Of a DNA stretch of 64,000 nt, positions 25,901 to 38,650 are shown one piece after another. The stretch comes from the human T2T-CHM13v2.0 reference genome, Homo sapiens. Below the pieces are notes generated by a model. That model was not told where the DNA came from and did no database searches. It saw only the letters and a program-made list of their open reading frames with translations. The stretch lies in assembly GCF_009914755.1 (NCBI RefSeq), contig NC_060948.1, one strand, 5' to 3'. Each line of letters opens with the position of its first letter. Position 1 is the stretch's first letter. The position numbers and the translations under genes were made by a program.

Positions 25901-27360
25901 GGTCAGGCTAAGGAGCCTGGGTCTGCGGGAGGGGTCCGTTGTCTGGGTCAGGGTGAGATCCCCCTCGGACCCGGGGTGTCTCAGCGGGAGAGCTAGGAAG
26001 GGGAAATACATGCTTCACTCCAGCTAGCAGGTCACCTCAGCCCAGCTACATGAAATGGTCTTTTGAGTTCGTCTTCTTTCTCCATCTTGGCCAGGTAAGG
26101 GGAGGAACTCAGCCATCCCAGGTACCGACGGTAGGACGAAGTTTTCCTTTTGTCACAACCTTTATTTCCACAATGAAGTTATCGTTCAGGAGTATTGCCT
26201 TGGACTCCTCAGTAAGGAGTGCCTCCCAGCATGGTAGGGAAGCTGATGTGTGGGAGGGTATGTCTGTCATGAACCTTTCTGACATCTCTCTTTCCAGGAT
26301 ACAGGATGTCTCATTCCACTGCAGTCCAGTGGTTGTGGGATCATGAAGGTCAAGCCTCCAGCTGCAGGCGCTACACTTTCTACCTGAGCTTCTACGGTCG
26401 GTTGGCTGACCATGACTGCCCACGTTCTGGCAGGATTCCTGAGATGGGTGCCACAGTGGGACATCATGGGAAAGAACCTTGCCTTGGCCTCTGGGGAACT
26501 GACTTTGAGCCATGACCTGACCTGTCCTGTACCCACTTCTGCAGTACCCCAGATCATCAGCCAGAGCCTGCCATACTCAGGATGCCAGTTAGGGTGTTGC
26601 TCTTCCATGCCCACAATTCCAAAGGGCTCACAGTCCGCGTGTGCCAGGCTCAATCCCCTGCAGTACTTCCCCAGAGAGGGAGGCCATTAGAGAGGGAACA
26701 GAGAGGAGGCCAGGTGAGCAGTCTAGGGCTGGGGACTGAGAGGCCTTTGATTCCTGGAGTTGTGCCCCACGTGGAGAATCCAAGCCTCAGGGAGGTGACT
26801 GCAGTGAGCAATCCCAGGCCATCCATGGGCTGTTGGAGAAATGGCCATCAGGGAACTGTAACATCCTCATTTCAGGATTGGGGCACCTTAAGTCACCTAA
26901 GAGGCATAAGTGTCTAAGGTCAGAGGGTGAGAAGCAAGTCTCAAGGGGTAGCTGTCTCATCAAACTTAGAGGGCTCCCTTCCCTGCCCTGAGGCTGGCTA
27001 CCACTTGAGACTCAGTTTGGGCTCAGCCAGGGCCCTCTCGCCCTCCAGGCAGATGTCCCCCCGAGGCAGATGTCCTCCCAAAATGGCTCTCTGAGGCCCA
27101 TTGTTTTCTGTTACAATGACCCGAGGGTCCCCTGACATGCTTTCTCCCCTCTGCCATCGTCACTCACACTGCCCTGCCCCCCAGGGACAAGAGAGGCCAC
27201 TGCACAGGGAATCTGGAAGACCACACTGGGCTCACAGGAGAGGAAATGTAAAGAGATTGCACAATGGCTGGGACCTTTGGTGTTTGTCCAGGGAGGGGAA
27301 CTGGCTGGGATTTAAGGCCTACCTGAGTAGTGGTTTGGACACCCAGTGTTACTTATCATG
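22990..27360 (+). pseudogene. TSPY: TSPY-family (NAP/SET domain) unprocessed pseudogene, six-exon layout
   Basis: Exon 1 at ~22990-23312 (DDIMAEIEVVAKEEANVERQQEDPQAQPGPGPRTP...GFWVRA; donor mutated). Exon 2 at 25816-25901 (ITNDDE...LLSYMIDLQ). Exon 3 at 26095-26211 (NLYFHNEVIVQEY). Exon 4 at 26298-26443 (YRMSHSTAVQWLWDHE...LADHDCPRSGRIPE, cf. TSPY YRASHSTPIEW...FSDHNFAGSNKIAE). Exon 5 at 26553-26713 (IISQSL...LNPLQYF). Terminal exon from ~27185. Frameshifts and dead donors are present. Confidence 0.93.
24281..25769 (+). mobile_element. Solo LTR12C (ERV9) with 4-bp TSD CCTG, in TSPY intron 1
   Basis: Starts tgagaggtgacagcgtgctggcagtcctcacagccctcgctcgctctc and ends ccaattctggacaca. cctg flanks both sides (24277-24280, 25770-25773). 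Tandem CCAAT-containing repeats at 24960-25400 and a TATA-like aataaaa at ~25427. Confidence 0.97.
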
Positions 27361-27844
27361 ATGAAGACCTGCTTTTTCACATCCCCTAATATTAATATGG
27401 AAGTTATTTTCTTAGAATAGAGAAACAATGAGTACAAAGAAACAGTGTTTGTTCTGATTCATATGGAAATGCTGCAGACGCATCCGTTTTCCATTACAAT
27501 TCTTATGTGAGAATTGAAGTGTATATTGAGTTTTAGGATACATTTTGATTGTTCTACTCCTGGCAAATTTTGTGGTCATGTTTGCAATGTAGAGCCATAG
27601 AATCCAGAACATTTTTGAGTAACTTTCAGCTTCTTTTAGGGTACTTAATTGTACATTTTTATTTTCTCACCCTGTGGTTCTCTTCAGTTTATTATTTGAA
27701 CTTTATATGCAAGCTGATAAATTTGTTTTCTTATTTGTCTCTTGTGGAAATTTGTTTTAAAGGACATTTTTTTCTGTTAGATATGTGAGTTTGACTGTGA
27801 GTACTTTTTCTAGTACAAATTTTTTATTTTCATTTGTTAGTTTT

Positions 27845-27852
27845 GTGTGTTT

Positions 27853-27885
<33 letters not shown>
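27845..27885 (+). repeat. (TG)n microsatellite (Alu-tail derived)
   Basis: gtgtgtgtgt run directly adjacent to an antisense Alu. Confidence 0.9.
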
Positions 27886-27886
<1 letters not shown>

Positions 27887-28302
27887 TTTTAGAAGGAGTC
27901 TTGCTCTGTCACCTAGGCTGGAGTGAAGTGGCAGGATCTTGGCTCACCTCAACCTCCGCCTGCCAGCTTCAAGCGATTCCCCTGCCTCAGCCTCCTGTAA
28001 CAGAAAACGATGGGCCTCGGAGAGCCATTTTGGGAGGACATAGAGATGGGCCTCGGGGGGACATCCGCGTGGAGGGCGAGAGGGCCGTGGCTGAGCCCAA
28101 ACTGAGCCCCAAGTGGTAGCTCCTCAAGTGGAGCTGGGATTACAGGCACATACCACCATGTCCAGCTAATTTTTGTATTTTTAGTTAAGACTGGGTTTCA
28201 TCATATATGCCAGGCTGGTCTCCAACTCCTGACCTCAAGTGATCCACCCACCTTGTCCTGCCAAAATGCTGGGCTTACAGATGCAGGCCACCATGCCTGG
28301 CC
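27886..28302 (-). mobile_element. Alu interrupted by an inverted 124-bp copy of TSPY intron 5
   Basis: The Alu runs to cctgcctcagcctcct (27996); the insert occupies 27997-28120; the Alu resumes tcctcaagtggagctgggattacaggc. Confidence 0.92.
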
Positions 28303-28451
28303 TCACTTATGTGTTTATGTTTTTGAAGCCTCCCTCTATTTTCTTCATGGACACATATTTTAGAGTTATTGAAATAATATATTTTATTTATTTACTTAAT
28401 ACTTTAGTAGGATTTTAAAGGTAATGTTTTTATTCACTAAATGCAGTATTA

Positions 28452-28995
<544 letters not shown>

Positions 28996-29629
28996 TTATC
29001 AAAATCTGAAAAATCGAGGCCTGATGAAAATATTTAAATTAAACACATTCCAGACGCCCAAATCTGAAAAGCAAAGGTGTTTCTGATATAATAGCCCAAA
29101 TTCTGCATTTCCTCTCTATTGGACAGTGTAATATTGCACATATGAAAAACAAATGCAGTGTTAAATAAAAAGTAGTGGAATTAAGAGGAGTCATTGCTTA
29201 GTGAATTAAAACAACACACACATTGAGAAGAAAAGACAGTGATAGAAAATATATTGTCTGTTGATTTAATTCACAATAATTTTCATTTTTGTCTATTAGC
29301 ATTAAATAGTACCATTAACATAATATCATTTTGTATATTGTCTTCTAACATGAAAGTGGTTTTTATTTTATATATTTGGAAACCTGATCAAAGATTCTTT
29401 ATACATGTTATTTTTTCCCAAATTTGCTACCTAATAGCTACCTAGTGCTAGTTGCCTGGATACCTCTCACTAAGTAGTTTGTCTTTTCCTATTAATTTTA
29501 ATATGAACTTGTTGTGTATTTTGTTGGCATCTTTACTAAATCTACAGGTGTTGAAGTTGTTCAGATTTCAGTCATGGATCCTCTTGGGTTTTCTCAAGGC
29601 TAAAACACCCTTTCTATGCTGACCATTAA

Positions 29630-29890
29630 GAAATTCCCAACTTCAGGCCAGATCTTTGTTCTGCCTTCAGACTTGGCATATCCAACTGCATGCCTTACAT
29701 CTCCACATACCAAAACCAGACCTTCATTTCATGCCCAAAACATGTTTCCTCGTACAGTATTCCACTATTTCAGAAATTCACAGCACCAAATACCCTGTAT
29801 TTCAAGCTAGGAATGTAGAGGATGATCCTTGAGGCAGCCTTTTCTCAATGACACTTCATCATTCACATCCAACTCTTCACAGGTTGTGTG
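29630..29890 (+). mobile_element. L2-like fragment
   Basis: ccagatctttgttctgccttcagacttggcatatccaactgcatgccttacatctccac...caagctaggaatgtagaggatgatccttga, resembling decayed L2 motifs. Confidence 0.5.
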
Positions 29891-32800
29891 TCCTCTCCGA
29901 GAATTACAGTCTTAGTAAATAAAGAATGGCCACTAAGTAACCTTCAATCATCCACTTTTTTTTGAATTCATGTCAGTTTCTTTACAGAACAGCTGGAGCT
30001 CTGCAATGTCAATGTTGGAGTAAGTACTATTATCTGCCAGTATTACTATTTTATTTATCATGAGATAAATGTCCCTTAAAAATGCCCACACAAAGCTATA
30101 CTAAGTAACACAATTAAATGATGTCTTTTTTTACGGATAAGTACAAGGCAAATAGAATCAATTGTTATAATATGATCCTTACAACTACACACACAGGTCC
30201 TAGATATTTTGGACCCCACTTCATACATCTGAAATTTGAGTCTCAAAATAATTAACTTCTCTTAAAGTCTAATTTCAGATTACAAAACTACCTCTTTCCA
30301 CAATATTTTGCTATCTCCCTTTAAGAACCAGCTGGGGAATCATTAAGAATAAAAAAAAGTCATTTTCTTCAACATCTCCTAGCTGAGCCAAAATCTAAAT
30401 TTTCTGTGGAGGTGTTGTTAATGTGCAATTTCGCCAAAACTTTTACAACTTAATCCACAGTTATGCTTCAGTGGCCTACCTGTCATCCAATACCTGCACA
30501 CCTGCTTTAACACAGGAAAATTTGGAAGTTAATACAAGTATTAAGTCTTATCATTGTAGACAATGACATATGAAGACACTTTCCAATCTTCCTTGAATAT
30601 ATGATACTCAAGATGTCAGTACAGTCTCCGAATTGTCAATGTAATCTTAGTAGCAGTGGAACATTTACAGAAGGTAATTTTGTGAGAGTGGTCAAATATT
30701 TTTATTAAATACTGCTATTTTATAACCATAAATAGCATTAACTGACCCATGGTATATAGCTAGAAATATGTTTCTAAAGAAAATGTTCAGAAATAGGTTT
30801 CATGTATTTTGCTAAATTGCAAACTAACAGGTTAATTACTACCGTGAAGTGCTAGATAGTTGGAGTAGTATTTACCAAGAATGAAAAAGAATATAGGGCC
30901 ATATGACTTGAGAAGGCTGGAGTTAGGAAAAGATAAGGTATTTACTCCTGACTCCTGGCTTGATGTTCTTTGTGTGTTTTTTTATTCTTTTTTGGTTCAT
31001 TTTTTGTTTGTTTGTTTGTTTGCTTGTTTCTTTGTCATTGCTGTTTTACGTTCTCTTATGTGTCAGACCAGAGTTTCATAAATATCCCCAAATAATTTCG
31101 TGGGTCATAAAATATATATCTAGATACTTCTAGCTATTTTCCTTCAAAATCTTGGTTCAATAATCTGAAATGAGACCTAGAGAACCTGTAATTCTCACAA
31201 GTATGCTAAGTGATTATTGCCAAAATGACAATTGTGAAATATTTAGAAAACCATCTAGGAGCTAGGTAATCAATTTTAATAATTGATTCTTACTGTAAGC
31301 GTAAAGGATTTCGCTGAAATGACTATTTAAATGCAACTTTTATTAAAAAGATAGAATTGAGCACTTCCGTGCTTTCTAATTAGTATCTTTAAAGTATGTT
31401 TTCCTAAAGTGGCAAAATTATGTTTTCATTTGAAGTCAGCATTATGGCCACAAATGACTTCTGAGTTAGCTTTTTGAAAAATCTTCAGATCATAAATTCT
31501 AAAAATTATCTTGGGTGTTTATAAAACTCCAGAAAATGACTAAGACAATATAAATAAAAATACCAGTATCCAAAATAATCAAAATAAGTCTTACAAATAT
31601 ACAAGAAAACATATATACAATCTAGCCCAGTAGAAGAAAGCAGTACAGGTAAATAGTTAGATCCTTTTTAGAAAGGAATAAAGTCAAATGACCAAGGAAA
31701 AATGGCTAGATGCTTGAGCTCATTAGTAATCCAGGGACGTAAATCAAAACCACATTGGGCACCAACTTTTGTTCATTAGCTTGGCAACTATTAAAATAAT
31801 AATACTGAGTGCAGTCAAGAATGTAAGGAATGGTAATTTTTTTCCATCAATCCACAGGACTATCTAGTGACATTTATTGAAATTAGGGTGACTAAAACCT
31901 TTATTGTCCCAATAGAAAGTTTTTTTAGGATAAAAGAGTACTAACATATATAAAATCATTTATTATTTAATTTATTGTTTTATCAATTTATTATTTATTT
32001 CCTTACAGTCAAATTGTTTTTACTATATCAATAGATCTATGAAATAGTTATCTTCCAACTATTTTTGAAAATCAAATGCTTTCAAAAATTTAAAACCACA
32101 ATTACATATCTTGATGCAAAACAGAAAAATAACTTCTTTACATTGTTATTTAAATATTAGAAATAGTAGGCAGAATAATAATTCTGGAACATATTTATGT
32201 GAATTAATCTGTTTCTTAACAATAATTATCCATAGTTCTTTTCTGGAAAATGCATATCTTTTAATTTTATATTGACGTTTAAATGAAGTTACTTGCAAGC
32301 TTTTCCAAAATTGCTGCTTCTTGTCACCAATAAAAGTCATCGACAATGTTTAGTTTTTTAACTGAACATGAAAAACTATTTATCACATTGTTCAATGTTT
32401 CATTTCTGGAACAATAAGATTTCAACAGCTTTATTTTGGTTCCAATGATTGATGAAAAATTCAAACCATTTTTTCATTTAATTTTCTGTTTGAAGCGTCT
32501 AAATGGCATTAATCAATGCTTTTGGAATTTCTTTGGTAGTTAATGGAGTTAACATACTAACAACTACTCATGCATATTTCTTAACTGCAGAAAAATTAAA
32601 ATTAAAAAATATACACAATTGATTAAAAAAATAGTAATGTGATGTAAATAAAAAGCCAAGTATCGCAGAATTATATGCTTAATTTTTTTCCAAATTCACA
32701 TATTAAACCTGTTGAAATGTCATCTTCAGGCATAGTTTTCTTAATGTAACTAAGTGTTTCCTTCTGAAATAGCAGCTGGTTTTTCCCCTCAATCCTCTAT

Positions 32801-34539
32801 ATTCTGGATTTCAGGATATCACTTTTAGCCTTGTGGTCCCAACATGGACTACAAGGCTTTACGATTACACCATGACACTTTTCAACCCATAATTTAATTG
32901 AAAGGGAAATTGTTTTTATTAATAATTTAAGTAATTAAATCATTTAGTTAAATAGTTTAATTAATTAGTTTAATTAATAGTTTAATTAATTAAAACTATT
33001 AATAGGGAATAGTTTTTAATTAAATATGTAGTTGCATTTTTTTAGGTCATTGCTGCTGAAACAGATTTTTAAAAAAATAGTCATTAGCAAACAGCCCATA
33101 AATAAATAGTTGTAGGGTATATGAGAAATGATAAAACCACTGTGGCCAGACCAATTAACAACTCTCTGTGTGCTAAGCTGCTATTTCCAGTACATAATTT
33201 ACATATACCTAACCTATTATTTCCTTCATTTTCCCCAAACCTACCATATGATGATCTGGGAGTGTCATTAAGTGGACCACATACAAAACAAACAAACAAA
33301 CAAAAACTATGTCAAATACTTCTCCCATCACCAGGCAAGATTGGATGGAACTACCCATCCCTAGGCACCATGTACTCAGTGCATATTGATTTATTATTAC
33401 TCACTCTGCTGCATGCTTCCTTGAAAAAGTAGCAGAATCTATGTTTTGTGTGAACTGTGTCAGGAAAATAAAGTTGATTTTCAGATTTGTCTCCCCACTA
33501 AAGTCATCATTCTGTTAACATTTTATTTTTCTCATGTACTGATAGAGGCCTCACAATAGCTATAATTATTAAACAAAATGAACATTTAACACTCATGCTG
33601 GTTCTAATCAATGTAACATAATAATACTTCATTAAAAATGAGAAATCTAAGACAAGTGCTAAGCCAATTAGCATGGATGAAAAATATTAATAAAGTGGCA
33701 GTGCAGGGAGCTAATGAGAATATTTCATTCCCTCAAAGTTAAAATGGTACACACACTGCAGTCCAGCCATTCTTCTAATGTATTCATTAGAAACTGTCAC
33801 ACCTGTGTATTCGGAGGCATAGGGAAGGTTTTTCATTGTAGCATTTCAATAAACACATCGTGGAACATGAGAATTCAGTAGACTGAGAACTATGCCATCA
33901 ATAATGGCAGCTCTCACCAAGAATGTTAACAAAAAATATGCAAAATAATACACACCTTATAATATTCACATAAATATTAAAAATTTACAAAGCACCAGTA
34001 TTATTTACAAATAAATATTTTAATAAATTTAAAAAATACAAAGGTAATAACAAGTTCATGATAATGGTGCCTCTGGAAATGGAAGAAAGGAAACAAACCT
34101 GAGGGCATATATTCCAATTACAACCAGAGGTCATGTAAATAGAACAGGAAATGTATCAATAGCTGTTATTTTTAAGTGGGGTTAGTTGGTATTTCTTATA
34201 TTATTTTGTATTTGTATATATTTTTTAAATTTTACTCAAAAACAAATTAATTTTATAATGAATAATATACCATTTACATTGGAATCATCTTGTGAACTAA
34301 TTGCTTTAAAACTCCCCCGTCCCCATTGCCACTTCCAAGGAATTAAAAAAATTAAAAATTAGAATGTGGTATTTTTAAAAGAAAAATATTTTACAAGTAT
34401 GAAATAAAATATTTTACCAGCACATCACATTTTTTGACTGATTATCCATGTAAAATCATGTAGTAGGAGAAGAGAGAAGGACACAGGCAGAATTTCACGT
34501 ATTAGTACAGGAAATAATTGAATGTTTATTTCAAATACC

Positions 34540-35340
34540 TTCTTAAGACATACTAGTGGCCAAGAAACATAACAAAAGTGCTCAACATCACTGATCATCA
34601 GAGAAATCCAAATCAAACTCACAATAAGATACCAGTCAGAATGACTATTTTTATTAAAAAGCCAAAATAATAATAATAAGAATAATATATGCGGGCAAGG
34701 TTGCAGGGAAAAAGGAACTCATACCCTGGTGGTGAGAATGTTCAGTCACAGTGGAAAGCAGTTTGGGGATTTCTAAAAGAACTAACAATAGAACTACCAT
34801 TTCATCCAGCAATCCTATTACTATGTATATGCTCAATAGAAAATAAATCATTAAAGCTATCGAAAAGACACTTGAATTCTCATATTCATCACCATAGTGA
34901 AGACATGGAGTCAACCTAGGAGCTCATCCACGGTGGACAGGATGAAGAAAATGTAGTACGTATGAACCCTGGAATTGTACACAGCTATAAGAAGAAAAAA
35001 TCATGTCCTTTGAAGAAACATGGATGCAGCTGGAGGCCATTAACCTAAGCAAATTAATGAAGAAACAGAATATCAAATATAGAATATTCTCACATATGAA
35101 TAGGAACTAAAACTTGGGTGCACACAGAAATAAAGATAAGAACATTAGACACTGGGGACTCCAAAGTGAGGACAGAGGGAGAGGGGCAGGGGCTGAAAAT
35201 CTTCCTATTGGTTTCAAGGTTCCCTATCTCGGTGATGGGATCAATAGAAGACTAAACGTCAGCATCACACAATATACCTTTGTAACAAGCCTGCACATGT
35301 ACTCTCTGAATTTATAATAAAAATGGAAATAAAAGTAAAA
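34540..35340 (+). mobile_element. L1 (L1MA/L1PB-like) 3' end
   Basis: ctcaacatcactgatcatcagagaaatccaaatcaaa...agaactaccatttcatccagcaatcctattact...atggatgcagctggaggccattaacctaagc...tgtaacaagcctgcacatgtactc, followed by an A-rich tail. Confidence 0.88.
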
Positions 35341-38154
35341 TAAATTATTAAATGAAATAATATATTACATTATAGAATGGACCTTATTTCAGTGATACAT
35401 AACTGAAACATGCTAATAAAATGGGATGGCTACCTTTGTGCAAATTAACTAGACTTTAGTTGCACTAATTAAGAGAGCAATAGCTGAGACAATCAAAAGA
35501 TAATAGACAAGTTATAATTGATGTCAAAATTCTACCTTATTATATTACCTTCGAAATCATATCCAAAGTTTCCTTCTAGTTTGAGAAACCTCTCTCTACA
35601 TATATATAGAACAAAATTGCTTTTGCAGATTAGCATGATTTTAATAGAGCAAATTTCATCTTCAAATTTCATAAGCACCTTCCAATCCATAAGACACTGT
35701 TAGAAAAAACTGTCAATCGGGCTAGACACACATTTCAAAGAGCCTATGAGGTTGCAAATCACTTATGCCTCACTCTCGTGTTACCAAGATAATGCAAAGC
35801 ACTTATATAGTGTTTCTTAGCTTGAAAGAGCCTAGGAACTTTAACTAATTAATCCTTAGACTACCCAGTGAGAGAGTGATAAGAAGCCCCTTGAAGAGAT
35901 CATTTAACTATATAATTCACACTTGCTTAAATGTAATTCAGCATATGTGCCGTGTTGTGTTTCCCTGCTTTCTATTTCAATCTTCAGAGAAATAATATTT
36001 ATGTGTGACTATATCATGCATAGGCATCTATTATGAATAAAATTATGTAGACTGCACTCTGACTGCCACTAAAAGCTAACAGATATATGTACGTCCAACA
36101 CATAAAATACATCTGGTACATTCTGCTGTATTTTCTTTTCTTATTCATTTCATATCTCATTTTCAGGTATTTCAGAGTGGACTTCTCAGATTTGAATAGG
36201 CTGAAACTTTTTAAATGAGGAATATACAATTCTCTTGTTAATTTTTATAATTAGTTTTTTGGAAAGTGTATTAAAACTAAATGTTTATAATTATGCTGAA
36301 TATAAAAGAATATCATATGTGAATGCTTCACCCAAATGAAAGACTATTTAACTATTCTATTTAGAATTCTCTCTAGTAGGATTTCCTTCTCTGTAGGTAG
36401 CTGGCTACAGGAGTCTACCAAAACAAATCTATTTCTGCAGTAAATACCAACACTGGCTTCCTCAGGAAAGCACTCTTTCAGGCTGCAAAACACAATACAT
36501 CTTTTCCCTGAGCAGGATAAATTCTTATACAGTTTTACTGTTCAACTAAAATGTCAATTAAAGTTAATCATTTTCCTTTTTATTACAAAGAGAATCTCAT
36601 TACTTTCTAATTACTTGCCCGAAATCTATTCTCTATAACTATCTAAAATTACATAGACATACACACATGCATACAAAAGAAACAGTACAACTGGACGACC
36701 AACCAATGTGTACACGTGCTCTGTTTTAGAAAAGTTTCTACTGTACTATTTGCAGTAAGGTTATAGTTGTAATTCAATCAATGACCTATTTTAAATGAGT
36801 GCCTAGAACATCACTGGGGAAAGTGTGTACAATGCAAGAAACATTTCCCTATGCATACACTTTATTTGTAAATATGTTTATACTGATAGTTAAAATGGTT
36901 AACTTTGTTGTCAAATATTGATACTGGCTAAAGTTTTGTTTCTTAATATATTCTTCTTTAACTTTTTCCAGTATGTTTTGAAATGTCTTTCATATATTTA
37001 CTCTAATTTCATCTGGGAATAGATAGCCAAAGATAAATGGAGAAAACCATTTTTTTCCTATAAATTTATCATCTCCTGAGTGTCAAACTTGTCATGAAAG
37101 GAGAGATGCATCCTCTGCTCTTACTTTAGGACCAGACTTTCCACCAATAGATTATAAATGTGAAAATATCTGGCTACTTATAGCCACTGTTCTGCAGAAA
37201 ACACTATTACAGTCTGAGATTGAACCCTAAGAATTGGCCTTGGGAACTTTGAGACTCTGGTCAACTAATTTATTAGCTAATTTCTAAGGGTGTTCTCTGT
37301 TGCAAGAGTTATTGACTCTTTAGTCAAACACTCTATCATGGAAAAATCTAACCTAGTGGGCCGTTTTGTTGTGAGATGGTAATAAATAATAATAAAAATA
37401 TTCCTGGAATGCAGATAGCCAGGACTATAGATAGGTCTTCAAGGAACAGTCCTCTCAGTAACAATGTGAAAGTTTGTCTGAATTTCCATTTCCACATTAT
37501 GATAATTATGCCACATTATGTAGCAATTCTGTAAATTATTTCTGGTTTTGAAAAACTTTACTCTTGAATGTGGATTTATGTTTAAAAGATAATATTGTTT
37601 CATAGGACCATTTGCATGTATAAATTATGCATCATTTTATGGGAGCTCATACATGGACATCTCATACAGAGCAAATGATGAGACAGATGTGTGAGATGCA
37701 TTAGGGTGGTTGAAGAAGAAGCACTGTTTCCACTCTCTGGGTCTCTAATTTCCAATAAGACAAACTACAAAATAATTACAAATAAGAGTTTAAAGAAGAA
37801 TGACTCAATTTCTTGCGTCTGATTGCTGTTTTGTATCCTATAAAAACTTTATGCTCTATCTAAGACTTGAAATGTTTTAAACATTAGATGTTGGTCTTTA
37901 GGACACCAAGTGGAAGCCAGGGGACACATGCAGTTGCTGCCTGGGGGATCTTGTCTAACGGAAGAAGTCAGTAACAGGCAGCTGAATGGGCAGTGGGCCA
38001 GTACCAGGTGTTTAGCTGAGACTTGTATAAGTTTTTCAAAAATTCCCAGAAGTATTTGACAGAAATGAAACTGGTTTACCAATGCTCTTTAAAAAAATCA
38101 GCTGAAGAACATCCTATAGTGTCCTGAAGAGAAAAATGAGCAAGGCACATAATT

Positions 38155-38350
38155 TGAGATAGCAAAAATACTAGGTGACTGCAGGAGCATAGAAAATCTC
38201 AGGCAGCTGTTTCACATGACTAGCAAAATACACTATTAAAATAGTTGCATAAACTAGGAGTTGGTAACACTGGGGAAAACCAAGATGTGGGCAAAGCTGG
38301 CTAGGAACAACTGGACTCAACATGGTGATGAATTTCAGTTAGGTTTCACC
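38155..38350 (+). mobile_element. ERV1 (MER4-group-like) LTR fragment
   Basis: tgagatagc...caggcagctgtttcacatgactagc...caactggactcaacatggtg...ttaggtttcacc. Confidence 0.45.
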
Positions 38351-38650
38351 TTGGAGAAAATAGCAAAAAAGTCACTGCTACTACCATGCAGCAGAGCAAC
38401 TGATCAAAGGCAGCAACTGCCTAACTATGGCTGGTTCACATGTGAAAAATAGAAATCCCTTACTTACTTTTTATGTTATCTGAAGTAAAAGCATTCCTTA
38501 CTGATACAACGTTTCATTTTCTTCCTTATTCTCCACCATTTTTTTTCTTCTCACATTACTTATAGCTTGTAACTTATTTTGTCAAATATATACAATGAGA
38601 TAACACTGCAGTATTACAGAAAGCACACTGCATGGGAAACAGACTCATAT

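Larger units (their letters stand above)
29405..37740 (+). pseudogene. Candidate fossil multi-exon gene of unknown identity (possible secreted protein)
   Basis: AG/GT-bounded segments with mutually compatible phases: 29405-29473, 29548-29598, 29988-30019, 30560-30673, 30831-30937, 36167-36236 and 37606-~37740. Assembly needs two frameshift repairs and several stop-codon repairs; see findings. Confidence 0.4.

Noticed and set aside
32930-33030. AT-only near-palindromes (aatagtttaattaattaaaactatt)
   Set aside because: Low-complexity slippage sequence, in which palindromes are expected by chance.
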